A stretch of DNA of 64,000 nt, from positions 1 through 64,000 of IMG/VR virus record IMGVR_UViG_3300037467_002029. One strand, given 5' to 3'. Of the stretch, positions 1 through 8,539 are shown piece after piece; positions within the stretch are counted from its first letter, which is position 1; each line of letters opens with the position of its first letter. The notes under the pieces were generated by a model, which worked only from the letters and a program-made list of their open reading frames with translations, had not been told where the DNA came from and did not search any database. A program made the position numbers and the translations under genes. This DNA is from a virus. Taxonomy: Duplodnaviria > Caudoviricetes.

Positions 1-407
1 AGTTCCCCAACTGCCAGAAAATAGTGACTGGTCACTGGCACTTAGAGGGCGATTACGTCGTCGACGGCATTGACGTTTCATGCACCGGCTCGCTCGAGCC
101 CTACACCCACGCCGAGGATCCCAATGGTGAAATCTACGTCTCGCTTACTCTCGAGCAGCTCGAGGCGCGCGATCCGGCCGAACTCCGGGACAAATGCGTC
201 CGGGTCTTCCTTCGCGAAGGTGAAGAGCTCCCGGTCGGGCTTGACTGCCTCCAGCTCACCGGAAAGCGGATCAGCGAGCTTGAGGCTGATCCCGAGACCA
301 GCGTTGCTGACCGACTGGGTGCTTTCGACTGGCAAGCGATCCTCGACGAGCACCTGAAGGACGTCCCTGTCTACGTCCGCGAATTCATTGACGAGAGACT
401 TCACTAA
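1..407 (+). CDS. SbcD/Mre11-like metallophosphoesterase nuclease, C-terminal part (5' truncated by window)
   Basis: Frame open from the window edge (FPNCQKIVTGHWH...); GHxH motif followed by TGSLEPYTHAED, like the last phosphoesterase motifs. Confidence 0.55.
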   Translation, partial: FPNCQKIVTGHWHLEGDYVVDGIDVSCTGSLEPYTHAEDPNGEIYVSLTLEQLEARDPAELRDKCVRVFLREGEELPVGLDCLQLTGKRISELEADPETSVADRLGAFDWQAILDEHLKDVPVYVREFIDERLH

Positions 408-527
408 CACCCGCCCCGGGCTTTCCAGCCACCGTCAGCGCGCGCTGGTAATTCGTCCACGATGCTGCACCCGCCGGGTAACGGGCGTCATTCCGGGTTA
501 ATCGTGGGAACGCGCCGGAGGGGGTGA

Positions 528-540
528 GTGACTTGGTCAC
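528..540. promoter_or_regulatory. Palindromic operator GTGAC-TTG-GTCAC
   Basis: Perfect copy of the recurrent motif, intergenic, upstream of gapR. Confidence 0.7.
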
Positions 541-606
541 TTGCCCCCTTCGAGATTGAGGGCCCCGCCCTCGTCCATCATCTGGGCTCTCCACAAAGGA
601 GAACCC

Positions 607-843
607 ATGTCTGACATTTCCGCTGACGAGCTGAAGCTCCACATCGAAGCGATCGAGAACCTCGAGGCCGAGAAGCAGGGCATCGCTGACGACATCAAGG
701 ATCGTTACGCGCTTGCGAAGGCCGAGGGCTACGACACGAAGACCATTCGCAAGATCATCGCGCTTCGCAAGATGGAGAAGAACGCGCGCGACGAAGCGGA
801 CGCGCTGCTCGAGACCTATCGTCAAGCGTTGGGGCTGGAGTAA
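607..843 (+). CDS. gapR: GapR/DUF2312 nucleoid-associated DNA-binding protein
   Basis: MSDISADELKLHIEAIENLEAEKQGIADDIKDRYALAKAEGYDTKTIRKII...LLETYRQALG; AAGGAG RBS. Confidence 0.85.
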   Translation: MSDISADELKLHIEAIENLEAEKQGIADDIKDRYALAKAEGYDTKTIRKIIALRKMEKNARDEADALLETYRQALGLE

Positions 844-1181
844 TGGCTGTGCTCACCGACATCGCCCGCCATTGGACGAACCAGACCGACAAAGGCCGAG
901 GTATCCGCCTCGAAGCCGAGGCGCTCGACGTTCTCAATGCGATCGGCGTCGGTGAGCTCATCCTGGCCAAAGCGGCCGAACAGCAGAGGAACTTATGCCT
1001 CGAACGAAGCCTCAAACAGTCGTCCATTACACCCGAGGAGCGTTCCGGCTCGTCAAACGGCCGGATCGGTCGAACCTCGAGATCTGCTGGTACGACCCAG
1101 TCACCAAACACGACCGATTCCTTAGCACGGGTACGCCGGAGATTGAGCTCGGCCAGCAAATCCTCGACGACAAATACCTAG
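843..1181 (+). CDS. Hypothetical protein overlapping the integrase start (possible excisionase/RDF)
   Basis: TAATG coupling to gapR; position directly before int. Confidence 0.4.
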   Translation: MAVLTDIARHWTNQTDKGRGIRLEAEALDVLNAIGVGELILAKAAEQQRNLCLERSLKQSSITPEERSGSSNGRIGRTSRSAGTTQSPNTTDSLARVRRRLSSASKSSTTNT

Positions 1182-2215
1182 AGGTCACTCAGGGCGTCGA
1201 GTGCTGTCCGACCTGCCGACGTCCCTACGATCTTGAGGCGCAAAAGCGTCTCCTCGTTCTCGATGCTATCGAGCGCTACCTCGTCGTCGCCAAGAAGAAG
1301 ACCAGCCACAAAGAGATCGACGACCGGCTCAACCACATCGTCAACTATCTCGAGACGCTCCCGAACGCGGGGGTTTTCTGCGACGAGGTCGATGAGAATT
1401 GGATTGCAGACTTTCGTACCTGGGTCGGGGCAATCCCTGTCGTGAGCCCTGCAGGCAACGAGCGGCAGCGTGCACTCTCCACCATTGAGAACAGTGTCCT
1501 GCAGCTCGCCGCAGCAATGAGACACTGCAAGCAGGAACCATTGTTCAAACCGATCCCCACGAAGCGGGTGAACCGGACGCCATCTTATCGCGCGTCGGTC
1601 AAGGATCTGGCGCGAATGCTCAACTACGCGCTCACGCCAAAGAAGCGCCGCGATAACCTTCTCGCTTTCCTGCGGGTCAGCATCGTAACGATGGGCCGAC
1701 CCGATGCAGTCCAGGATGCCTCGACTGATCCGCAGCGACGCCAGTGGGACGAGAACCATGGCATTTTCAACCTCAACCCCGCTGGCCGTCACCAGACGAA
1801 AAAATATCGTGCGACGGTGCCGGTCGCTCGTCAGGCCGTGTGGTTGTTTAAGAACACTAAGGGGTTCCTGCTCCGCGGCAGCGCCAAGAAGTCCTTCTAC
1901 GCTATGGCGACGGATCTGGGTCTGCCAGCCGAGGGCGAATCCGGGCTCAAACTAATCCGGCGGTCGATGGCCGCGTTGGTCCGCCAGCGACTCGAGGCGG
2001 AAGAGAAGCCCATCGATCAGCTCGAAGTGTTTCTCGGTCACCGGGTCATCGATGAGGTTTCTGAGCTCTATGCCCCGTTTAGCCCGACATATCTGAGGTC
2101 TGTGAAGAGGCATATCGAAGCCATCATCGACGAGCTCGAGAAGCTTGCTCCAGGAGCATTTCACCACAGTCTCACCACAGACAACGACAACGTCGTCCAA
2201 CTCCAGGCCGCTTAA
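995..2215 (+). CDS. int: Tyrosine recombinase / phage integrase
   Basis: Catalytic pattern TMGR(P)...KY...KLIRR...FLGHR...ELY; adjacent to tRNA-derived att core. Confidence 0.85.
   Translation: MPRTKPQTVVHYTRGAFRLVKRPDRSNLEICWYDPVTKHDRFLSTGTPEIELGQQILDDKYLEVTQGVECCPTCRRPYDLEAQKRLLVLDAIERYLVVAKKKTSHKEIDDRLNHIVNYLETLPNAGVFCDEVDENWIADFRTWVGAIPVVSPAGNERQRALSTIENSVLQLAAAMRHCKQEPLFKPIPTKRVNRTPSYRASVKDLARMLNYALTPKKRRDNLLAFLRVSIVTMGRPDAVQDASTDPQRRQWDENHGIFNLNPAGRHQTKKYRATVPVARQAVWLFKNTKGFLLRGSAKKSFYAMATDLGLPAEGESGLKLIRRSMAALVRQRLEAEEKPIDQLEVFLGHRVIDEVSELYAPFSPTYLRSVKRHIEAIIDELEKLAPGAFHHSLTTDNDNVVQLQAA
2159..2179 (+). repeat. attP left arm-type direct repeats (TTTCACCACA, TCTCACCACA; 11-bp period)
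   Basis: Same decamer pair recurs on the other side of the core. Confidence 0.65.
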
Positions 2216-2237
2216 GGGTTGATTTTATTGGAGAAAA

Positions 2238-2290
2238 TGGTGGGCGTGGCAAGGATTGAACTTGCGACCCCTGCGATGTCAACACAGTGC
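2238..2290 (-). other. attP core: 3' 53 bp of tRNA-Val(GAC)
   Basis: Minus strand GCACTGTG-TTGACAT-CGCAGGGGTCGCAAGTTCAATCCTTGCCACGCCCACCA has anticodon arm, T arm and CCA; 5' half absent. Confidence 0.9.
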
Positions 2291-2310
2291 CAATCGCAAA
2301 AACGCGCACA

Positions 2311-2323
2311 AATCAGCCACTTA
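2311..2323 (+). promoter_or_regulatory. IHF-like site AATCAGCCACTTA in attP
   Basis: Matches WATCAR-N4-TTR. Confidence 0.5.
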
Positions 2324-2375
2324 TGATGTTCCTGAAAGTAGAACGAGCGGTGAACATCATCGGAACATCGACGTT

Positions 2376-2396
2376 TCTCACCACACTCTCACCACA
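2376..2396 (+). repeat. attP right arm-type direct repeats (TCTCACCACA x2)
   Basis: Two exact copies, 11-bp period. Confidence 0.65.
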
Positions 2397-2408
2397 CAAC
2401 TGACTGAG

Positions 2409-2699
2409 TCACTTCTTCGCCTGCAACACCTCGACCTGAGCCTTGAGCTGGTTGATCTCGCCATCGTTGTTGCTGACGGCGCGCGAGGCGAAGAAGGCGA
2501 GCAGCGACATGATGATTAGGAACATCGTCGACCCGCCCCAGCCGACGAGCTTCACGACGGTGCTGACGCTGTCCTTCACGCCGGCGATATTCGTTTGGAT
2601 GTGCGCGTACCGCTCGGCGCAGAGATCCTCATGCGCCTGAACTTTGATGTGAGCTGCTTCAGCATGGGCCATTGCGTCGGCCGCAGTTACTTCTGACAT
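2409..2699 (-). CDS. Small single-TM membrane protein at end of lysis cassette (holin/XhlA-like)
   Basis: Helical N-terminus, hydrophobic segment LVGWGGSTMFLIIMSLLAFFAS. Confidence 0.5.
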   Translation of the reverse strand: MSEVTAADAMAHAEAAHIKVQAHEDLCAERYAHIQTNIAGVKDSVSTVVKLVGWGGSTMFLIIMSLLAFFASRAVSNNDGEINQLKAQVEVLQAKK

Positions 2700-2983
2700 C
2701 GGTTCAGTGCTGCCTCTACCTGATCTGCATATCCTCCGGGTGCCTCATACAGTCCGAGCTGGGCTTGAGACTGGGCGTTTCGCGCAACCGGGTCGGTGGG
2801 CATCTTCTTATCACGCAGAGGGGTCGGCTTGAGCTTACGCAGCCGCTCCCGTTCTTCAGGTGAAGGGCACTGGACCGGTCGGTCGACGTAAGTGATGATG
2901 GGCTTCTCCGAGATTGTGCTCGGGTGACCGCAGGCGGTCAGAAGCGCCATGATGGCGCAGAGCGCCATGAATGCACGGGTCAT
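2687..2983 (-). CDS. Outer-membrane lipoprotein o-spanin (Rz1-like)
   Basis: MTRAFMALCAIMALLTAC lipobox, Pro-rich body, lysis cassette. Confidence 0.7.
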   Translation of the reverse strand: MTRAFMALCAIMALLTACGHPSTISEKPIITYVDRPVQCPSPEERERLRKLKPTPLRDKKMPTDPVARNAQSQAQLGLYEAPGGYADQVEAALNRCQK

Positions 2984-3312
2984 TTCAAGTTCTCCATCAT
3001 CGCTTGGAACTCGACGAGCGGCATCCGCACGACGACGGTCTGCCCCGATTTTACGTGACGACACGGCAGCGGATGATCCTGCATCGGTCCCTTCTCTGGG
3101 GCCATGTTGCAGTAGTTGTTGCACGCCGGGCCGTCCGGGACACAGCGACCGGGTGAATGATCGTCGCGACCCTTGAAGCCGCAGACGTAGACGCCCTCAT
3201 ATTCAACCGGTGCCTCGCGCACGGTTACGATGGCCTCGTCGTCCTCGAAGGTGATGTTGACATAGGGAGGATACGACCCGTGCGGGGCCGTCCAGGCGCC
3301 GATCTTTTTCAT
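2980..3312 (-). CDS. Cys-rich hypothetical protein between the spanin genes
   Basis: ATGA overlaps at both ends; six Cys. Confidence 0.6.
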   Translation of the reverse strand: MKKIGAWTAPHGSYPPYVNITFEDDEAIVTVREAPVEYEGVYVCGFKGRDDHSPGRCVPDGPACNNYCNMAPEKGPMQDHPLPCRHVKSGQTVVVRMPLVEFQAMMENLK

Positions 3313-3791
3313 TTCCAACCCTTCCAAGCCGCCTGCGAGTCCTCGTCGATCTGCTTCCAGTCAGCCTCACGATTGCCGGTCGACTTGTGGCCCTGCAGGT
3401 TCGTGAGTTGTGCTTGAACCGCGGCGAACTTCTTGACGTTGTCGGCCTGTTCGCGCTTGAGCTCCGCGTCAGCCGCGTCGGCGCGCTGCTTGTTTTGGAG
3501 CGCCTGATCGCTGATCGTCTTCAGAGCTACAGCACGGTCCTTGCTCTCTTTCATGCGTGTGCCGGCGGCGTAGAGCAGGTCCGCGGAGTCGTCCTTGTTG
3601 TACTCGAGGACACCCATCAGGGCGTGACGGAACTGGGCCTCGTCAGCCAACTTGGCGCGCGCGCCGCGCAGATGGTCCGCCGTGATGGCGAGCGAGATCG
3701 TCAGGCCGGCCATGATCAGGAACGGCCCGAACTTCTTAAGCAGCGCCCAGGCGGCGTCGAAGGAGAGTTTCTCAAGCATTGGGTTTGTCAT
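3309..3791 (-). CDS. Inner-membrane i-spanin (Rz-like)
   Basis: N-terminal TM then long Ala/Gln/Lys helical region. Confidence 0.65.
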   Translation of the reverse strand: MTNPMLEKLSFDAAWALLKKFGPFLIMAGLTISLAITADHLRGARAKLADEAQFRHALMGVLEYNKDDSADLLYAAGTRMKESKDRAVALKTISDQALQNKQRADAADAELKREQADNVKKFAAVQAQLTNLQGHKSTGNREADWKQIDEDSQAAWKGWK

Positions 3792-4104
3792 CCTTCGCGT
3801 TGACGTTGAGGCCCCAGCCTCCGGGGGCAGTAAGGCTCACGAGCGCCTTGACCGCGGCGACCAGCACGATGACGACGAAGAGACAGATCGTCCCGATCAA
3901 CAGCCAGATGGTCCAGCCCTTGATCTTCAGGCCCTGCATGAGGAGCTGGTAGCAGTGCTCACCGGGGGGCACGCCCTGCTGCTTGACGATGCTGCAGTAC
4001 GTCTCGGGATCGAGGCCGTGCAGCTGCCAGACAAGAACGATGAACAGGAGCGGCAGCACCGCGGCGAGCGCGATGAGGTTCCAGCTGATGTGCTTGTCGA
4101 GCAT
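3772..4104 (-). CDS. Two-TM membrane protein, holin/antiholin candidate
   Basis: Two hydrophobic helices; follows endolysin. Confidence 0.5.
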   Translation of the reverse strand: MLDKHISWNLIALAAVLPLLFIVLVWQLHGLDPETYCSIVKQQGVPPGEHCYQLLMQGLKIKGWTIWLLIGTICLFVVIVLVAAVKALVSLTAPGGWGLNVNAKDDKPNA

Positions 4105-4283
4105 CAGAGCACCCAGTCGGCGATGCAAAGGACGAGGAGGACGAGACCGACAAGGCTCGCCACACAGCCGTGTTTACCCATTCGGTCGTTGGGCACTGCC
4201 GACATTCCGCCAGCGAAGGTCACGAAGAAACCGCCAAGGATGACGATGAAGCTGGCGAGCAGCCAGAGAATGTGCCCGATCAT
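4104..4283 (-). CDS. 59-aa two-TM protein, holin candidate (below ORF-track cutoff)
   Basis: MIGHILWLLASFIVILGGFFVTF...VASLVGLVLLVLCIADWVL; overlaps endolysin stop. Confidence 0.5.
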   Translation of the reverse strand: MIGHILWLLASFIVILGGFFVTFAGGMSAVPNDRMGKHGCVASLVGLVLLVLCIADWVL

Positions 4284-4936
4284 GCTGCTGCCTTTCGCTG
4301 GGCCTGCGCGAGCCGCACGTCGTAGCGGTTCTTGTAATAGGCCGTGCCGTTGTAGAGCTTCGCCACCGTCACCCAGTCGCCGCGCTGAAGCGCGCGATGA
4401 AGCGTGGGGTCGGAGCGGATGAAGAGACAGAAATGGTTGAGCTGGTCAGCAGCGGTCTGGCTCTCCTGCCAAGCGAAGGCCATTGGATCGACGCAATCAC
4501 AACGGGCGAAGTTCTCGCCGAGGATCTGGAAGGCGCCGTAAGACGCTGACGCGAAACCGGCGTCGGCGTCGAGACCAACTGCTTCGGCGAGCTGCTCGTA
4601 TCTGCCCAGCTGCGATGCAGGATACCTTTTCGGATCCCAGTTCGGATAGCTGATGTGCGGATGGGTGCGGTCGTACTTGCGGCCCGTCGCCTTGCTAAAG
4701 CGGTGAGGCTCGAACAGGATCACTGGACGGCCGTTGACGAACGGATTGCCGGAGCTCTCGACCTGGTAGAGCGCCTTAACGTACGAAGCTGGCGCCGCCA
4801 GCACTACCGCAGCGGTCGAGAAATCGACCTCTTCGAGCAAGTAATCAGGGCCCTGCGTTAGGAACTTGATGACGTCGACCTTGAGATCGCCGCTGGTACA
4901 GCCGTGCTGAGCTAGTCTCTCTCTAAGTCCCATCAC
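4280..4936 (-). CDS. Endolysin, N-acetylmuramidase (DUF3380 family)
   Basis: VESSG...ILFEPHRF...SASYGAFQILGENF...AKLYNG...YDVRL. Confidence 0.85.
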   Translation of the reverse strand: MMGLRERLAQHGCTSGDLKVDVIKFLTQGPDYLLEEVDFSTAAVVLAAPASYVKALYQVESSGNPFVNGRPVILFEPHRFSKATGRKYDRTHPHISYPNWDPKRYPASQLGRYEQLAEAVGLDADAGFASASYGAFQILGENFARCDCVDPMAFAWQESQTAADQLNHFCLFIRSDPTLHRALQRGDWVTVAKLYNGTAYYKNRYDVRLAQAQRKAAA

Positions 4937-5002
4937 AACTCACCTGGTCTCTTGCCGCAACGGAGGTTGCGGCCGGGGCACAGGCGCATTCAGGAGACCG
5001 TC

Positions 5003-6916
5003 ATGATCAACGACCTTCGTTACGCCGTCAGTTTCCCTACCAACGGTGTGAGCCTGAGCGGCTCGCTAAGCTTTCAACCGGGTTCCACCGCGATCACCGG
5101 CGACAATGGCGCCGGGAAGAGCTTCGTCGCCGAGATGATCCGCTACGGGCTCTTCGGTAAGAAGGCGCTCCGTGGGCCGGCGTCGGACTACAAGTCGCTC
5201 GACATGGCGATGAGCTTCCAGGTCGGGTCCGAAAAATACCGCATTGTTCGGACAAGCCGGAAGGAGTTCCTCTACGACACCGAGGACGAGCAGCTCGCCG
5301 TCGGCGCCGACGCCGTGAACAAGAAGATCGTCGAGATCCTCGGGTTTGACCTCGAGGTGTTCGATGTCGTCTGCGCCGCCAACCAGAAGGAGAGCGAACG
5401 GCTCACCCGGCTGACACCGGCCAGGCGCAAGGAGCTGATTGACGACGTGGTCGGTCTCACCCGCCAGGAGACCGTCGAGAAAGCCTGCCGTGAGGAAGCC
5501 AAACTCGCACGGGTCGAAGCGGAGGCGCTGACCCGCTCATTGGTTCCACCAGTCGAGCCGGTGAGGCCGAAGAACTACCGGCAATCGAAATATATCAAGG
5601 CCGAACTCGATGAGACCATTGAGGTGCTCGCAACGCGCGCGAAGCTGCAGCGGATCATCGACGCCGTTGGCACCGCACCGACACCGCCAGCCGTGGCGGC
5701 TCCAGACATTGAGGAACTCGAGGAGCACGAGAAGCTTCGTGCCACACAGGAAATTTCGCGTGTGGCAATCGAGCGTCAGCTCGCGCGCATCCCCGAACCG
5801 CAGTTCACGGTCGAGCAGCTGGAAGCAGCCGAGGCGCTCGCCGCCTACGACGCCGAGCTGCACCGTCGAGGACCGCAACCTTGCTATGCGATTGTGTATC
5901 TCGAGGAGCAGGCTGAGCTGATCCAGCAAAAGAAGCAGCTGGATCATGACACTGTCACCTGTCCGAAGTGCGACCACGAGTTTTGCCCCGGCGAGGAGAT
6001 CGACGTCGCAGCCATCCGCGCGCTGTCCGAGCCGGTGCTCGATGAACGAGAGATCGCCGCGGACTATCGTCGGCATCAGTTGTGGGAAAACCCGCCGATT
6101 GAACCGAAGGGGGCGCGGCTGACACCGGAGCAGATCAGCGTCGGTCGCATGGCGCTCGCCATGGCAGCGGACAAGCCGCAGCTCGAAGCCGAGCTGGCTT
6201 CGCATACTCTTCTCGATGATCGCTCAGCAGAGCTGGCCGAGGCTCGCCGTCTCGATCGCGAGTGGGCGATCTACGAGAGCGACCTTCGCGCATTTGAGAT
6301 GCGGGAAAGTGACGCTCAGGCTGCACAGACAGAACTGCTGAAATTGTCTGTACCGCAGAACAAACCCGAGGATCTCCATGAGGAATACACCGAGGCACGG
6401 CTCTATGAGGATGCCGTCTTTCGCTACGAGCGGGATAAGGAACGATTTAACACCTTGTCCCAGGAGATCGCCGAGAAGCAGGAACGCGCGGACGCCTTCG
6501 CCGCCGGGGCGAAGGGTCTCGTCGAGGCGCGCCGCACGCTCAAGGCGTTCCTCGCGCCGTCGCTCAGCCGCGTGTCGAGCAAGATCATCACGCAGATGAC
6601 GGAGAACTCGCTGCGCCCGCTCGACAGCATCGAGATCGACGAGGATATGAATATCACTGCCAATGGGCAGGACGTCAGCACTTTCAACGGTGCTCACGCC
6701 ACGATGATCAATCTCGCCCTTCGACTGGCTCTCGGTCAGGTTCTGGTCGCTCGGGTCTTCCCGCTCTTCATCGGCGATGAGATCGACAGCGACGCCACGC
6801 CGGCCAACGCCCAGGCGATCGCGGACGGTCTCACGGCCTGCAAAGAGCAGTTGAAGCAGATCGTGCTGATCAGTCATAAGCGCCTCGAGGGCGTGGATCA
6901 TGAGGTGATGATGTGA
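5003..6916 (+). CDS. SbcC/Rad50/gp46-like SMC ATPase
   Basis: Walker A GDNGAGKS, coiled coils, CPKC zinc hook, Walker B FIGDEID, ISH; AGGAG RBS. Confidence 0.85.
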   Translation: MINDLRYAVSFPTNGVSLSGSLSFQPGSTAITGDNGAGKSFVAEMIRYGLFGKKALRGPASDYKSLDMAMSFQVGSEKYRIVRTSRKEFLYDTEDEQLAVGADAVNKKIVEILGFDLEVFDVVCAANQKESERLTRLTPARRKELIDDVVGLTRQETVEKACREEAKLARVEAEALTRSLVPPVEPVRPKNYRQSKYIKAELDETIEVLATRAKLQRIIDAVGTAPTPPAVAAPDIEELEEHEKLRATQEISRVAIERQLARIPEPQFTVEQLEAAEALAAYDAELHRRGPQPCYAIVYLEEQAELIQQKKQLDHDTVTCPKCDHEFCPGEEIDVAAIRALSEPVLDEREIAADYRRHQLWENPPIEPKGARLTPEQISVGRMALAMAADKPQLEAELASHTLLDDRSAELAEARRLDREWAIYESDLRAFEMRESDAQAAQTELLKLSVPQNKPEDLHEEYTEARLYEDAVFRYERDKERFNTLSQEIAEKQERADAFAAGAKGLVEARRTLKAFLAPSLSRVSSKIITQMTENSLRPLDSIEIDEDMNITANGQDVSTFNGAHATMINLALRLALGQVLVARVFPLFIGDEIDSDATPANAQAIADGLTACKEQLKQIVLISHKRLEGVDHEVMM

Positions 6917-7107
6917 TTTGCGTAGTGAAGCACAACGAACGCGGCGACATCGCCGGTTGGATGATGGGAACCGACATGCACGATCTGCGGCGACGAGCTG
7001 AGCAGACGTTCGACCATGATTTGGCCGGCATGTTCTATCGGATGGAGTTCGTGCCGCAGCCGGGAAAACATGTGATCGCGCCCGGCGTCACAATGCTGGT
7101 GGAGTAG
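6913..7107 (+). CDS. Hypothetical protein
   Basis: Overlap-coupled to the SMC gene. Confidence 0.55.
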   Translation: MICVVKHNERGDIAGWMMGTDMHDLRRRAEQTFDHDLAGMFYRMEFVPQPGKHVIAPGVTMLVE

Positions 7108-7112
7108 AAGTC

Positions 7113-7283
7113 GTGACATCTCAACGAGACATGCTCATCTTGTGCTCAGGAACAGCGTTCGGTTGGGGCTTTCTGCTTGGCAGCATCTTTGCCCATTCCA
7201 CATTTTTGACCGTCGCTGCCGCCGCAACATTATTGGTTGCTACCTACTTCGGGCTCTACAAGATTGGCGGTTGTAATGGGTGA
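7113..7283 (+). CDS. Small two-TM membrane protein
   Basis: Hand-translated: MTSQRDMLILCSGTAFGWGFLLGSIF...TLLVATYFGLYKIGGCNG. Confidence 0.4.
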   Translation: MTSQRDMLILCSGTAFGWGFLLGSIFAHSTFLTVAAAATLLVATYFGLYKIGGCNG

Positions 7284-7605
7284 GGTTGAGCTGAAGCCGG
7301 GATGGATTTTAAGAACAGAATCGCTCGATGAAGAGGCGAAGGAGCGCGCGTTCGGCAGTAAGGAAGAGGCGATCGACTATGCCTTGGTCTGGTTCGTTTC
7401 TAGCTACGACCCCGACACCAACGAGACGATGCGCGGCCACGTTCCTCATGGGCTCGCCGAAGATGCGCTACAGCTGATTGAAGATCTGAGGAACGGTAGG
7501 GAGTTTCGCTGTTCGAACTTCTACGAGACAGCCTCTGTTTTCGAACCGCCCTTCGGGTGGGTATCGGGGCTAGGAAGAACTGATGATGACACGAGCAATG
7601 CGTGA
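7276..7605 (+). CDS. Hypothetical protein
   Basis: ORF in co-oriented run. Confidence 0.5.
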   Translation: MGEVELKPGWILRTESLDEEAKERAFGSKEEAIDYALVWFVSSYDPDTNETMRGHVPHGLAEDALQLIEDLRNGREFRCSNFYETASVFEPPFGWVSGLGRTDDDTSNA

Positions 7606-7810
7606 AACCACACAATGCTTTATTGCCGGTGCCTTGCTCGCCCTTATGGGCTGCCTTTGCCAATATGTTGACGACCAGCGCGCGCGAATCGCAGCATCAG
7701 CCTACGCAGCCGAACACGTCTGTCACGATCCTGACGTTTCGCCAGTGGTAGAGATTTGTTACGTGCCCGATAATCGCTGGACCTTCGTTGAGACAAGCAA
7801 TGTCGACTGA
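7598..7810 (+). CDS. Hypothetical protein with hydrophobic N-terminus
   Basis: ORF in co-oriented run. Confidence 0.45.
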   Translation: MRETTQCFIAGALLALMGCLCQYVDDQRARIAASAYAAEHVCHDPDVSPVVEICYVPDNRWTFVETSNVD

Positions 7811-8066
7811 CTGGCTCAACCGTATCAAAGAGACGATGGCCGTGGACATTGCCCGATTCCAACGCAAAGGTCTGTCACCGAAAGAGATCGTAGAAAAGCT
7901 GATGGAGATCCCCGAGGTCTACCAGGGGCTGCACATGCGCGCCGACCGCCGCAGCGTACCGCCTGCAGTGATCCTCTCAGATGCTGCCGATTATCTCGAC
8001 GACGGCTATCACGAGAAGCTCGTCGCCGACCTGCGCGAGATCGTTGAGGGTGGCGAACTAGAATAG
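7800..8066 (+). CDS. Hypothetical protein
   Basis: ORF in co-oriented run. Confidence 0.55.
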   Translation: MSTDWLNRIKETMAVDIARFQRKGLSPKEIVEKLMEIPEVYQGLHMRADRRSVPPAVILSDAADYLDDGYHEKLVADLREIVEGGELE

Positions 8067-8152
8067 AGGCAAGTGACCAAGTCAGACCGGGCTCCTTCGT
8101 AGCAAGTCACAGGTGACTGACTCCAGACGGGTCTTCGAAAGGAGACCCAGTT

Positions 8153-8539
8153 TTGCTTACCCCCGAACAAGAGGCAGCAGTCCTCGACGAGTATCGTCGG
8201 ACCCGCTCGCCCTTCAAAGTCGCCAACAACCTGAACCTCAATGTCGCCGAGGTCTGGGAAATCATCGATGCCAATCCTGACGCTGCTGTCCGTAATCCGG
8301 AGCACTCGGGTGGCGAGGGTCGCGCTGACCTTCGCCAGTACTTCGTCGCATCGGCTCGCTGCGCTGATCGGTGGGACAACGACGAACCTGGCGTAAAGCT
8401 CGCGCGCGATCGCGTCTGTGCCGGTACGCACACCATGGCGACGCACCGCGACGGCTCGATGAAGTTCCTGTGCTCGATCCCGCTGAAGCGGTCGGTCAAG
8501 CCGAACCCCGACTACTTCAAGCCAGAGGTGCAGCTGTGA
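8153..8539 (+). CDS. Hypothetical protein with N-terminal HTH-like segment
   Basis: [37 protein letters not shown]. Confidence 0.55.
   Translation: MLTPEQEAAVLDEYRRTRSPFKVANNLNLNVAEVWEIIDANPDAAVRNPEHSGGEGRADLRQYFVASARCADRWDNDEPGVKLARDRVCAGTHTMATHRDGSMKFLCSIPLKRSVKPNPDYFKPEVQL

Noticed and set aside
24-35. GTGACTGGTCAC as another operator
   Set aside because: The spacer is 2 bp rather than 3 and it lies in coding sequence (VTGH)
2238-2290. Functional tRNA-Val gene
   Set aside because: The 5' acceptor strand and D arm are missing; similarity stops at 2290
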